This document shows positions 31,527 through 32,000 of a stretch of 32,000 bases of DNA, one piece after another. Origin of the DNA: Wallemia ichthyophaga EXF-994. Lineage: Eukaryota; Fungi; Basidiomycota. The DNA lies in NCBI RefSeq assembly GCF_000400465.1, contig NW_008806281.1, positions 450,637-482,636 of the forward strand. The letters run 5' to 3'. Both the position numbers and the translations under genes were made by a program. Position 1 is the stretch's first letter, and each line of letters opens with the position of its first letter. The notes beneath the pieces were generated by a model. It made no database searches, was not told where the DNA came from, and saw only the letters and a program-made list of their open reading frames with translations.

Positions 31527-32000
31527 AACACGTAAAACACCGAAACTTTTCCTTCTACTAGCTCTTGGATTCCTTACAAGCTCAGTTGCAGCATTTGATG
31601 TTCTCGGCATAGTATCTGGCATACTAGGAATCGTTAGCTTTGCGCAACAAAGCGCTCCAGACCCCCTCCCACAACCAGCAATGAAAGTACGCTTGGGTCT
31701 TAACGGTGTGAATGGTGGTTTGAAAAATGCAGGAGGTGGTTTACCAATGGCGAAAGCGTTTGACTACAATGGTCGACAAATCGCTCAAAACTTCCATCAG
31801 ACATGGCCAGGCTTGAACAGAGGCTCAGGAGAAATTTTTGACATTGAGTTTGACGAATCCCCGCAACTTCAAGTTCAGAATTGGGAGCTCCACGCTCAAA
31901 CTGATGGTATATGTATAGCATATATTTCTTATCAAGATTCCAATGGCAGGGACGGCGCTTGGTTAGGAGATGTTGGAAGACTGTTAAGGTTTGGGCTTGT
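31197..32000 (+). CDS. Cys-rich module fused (via intron 31442-31484) to a secreted-type uncharacterised protein; runs off the window end and is absent from the ORF track
   Basis: The frame from ATG 31444 stays open to 32000: ...TPKLFLLLALGFLTSSVAA-FDVLGIVSGILGIVSFAQQ...VRLGLNG..GGLKNAGGGLP...DGICIAYISY....GAWLGDVGR. A signal-peptide-like segment is followed by a globular domain. Confidence 0.7.

Overview
Eukaryotic genomic DNA from a very gene-dense fungus. The proteins look basidiomycete-like, and the compactness suggests a Wallemia-type genome (inference, not verified). About 40 spliceosomal introns can be read directly (GT...CTRAC/CTCAC...AG), almost all 40-62 nt, so most track ORFs are exon fragments; I rebuilt gene models by hand and checked frame continuity. 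Positions 1-29.3 kb hold 17 tightly packed, mostly housekeeping genes: CHMP7/Chm7, LYR protein, Atg101, kinesin-5, Rrn6-like, Cdc73, myotubularin, Lig1-family ligase paralogue, proteasome alpha3, 3-RRM protein, mitochondrial S13, phosphomutase, Otu1, Mgm1, Rvs161, an orphan ORF and an ExoIII/APEX1-type AP endonuclease. From 29.3 to 32 kb the DNA is AT-rich and accessory-like, with a perfect 342-bp direct duplication; its second copy is fused in frame to a secreted-type protein that resembles uncharacterised ascomycete proteins. Best leads: this chimeric locus; three head-to-head gene pairs with start codons only 17-29 nt apart; an OTU1 intron ending in GG instead of AG; a tail-to-tail CDS overlap; and a possible dual-targeted AP endonuclease. 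No rRNA, tRNA, CRISPR array or transposase was seen.
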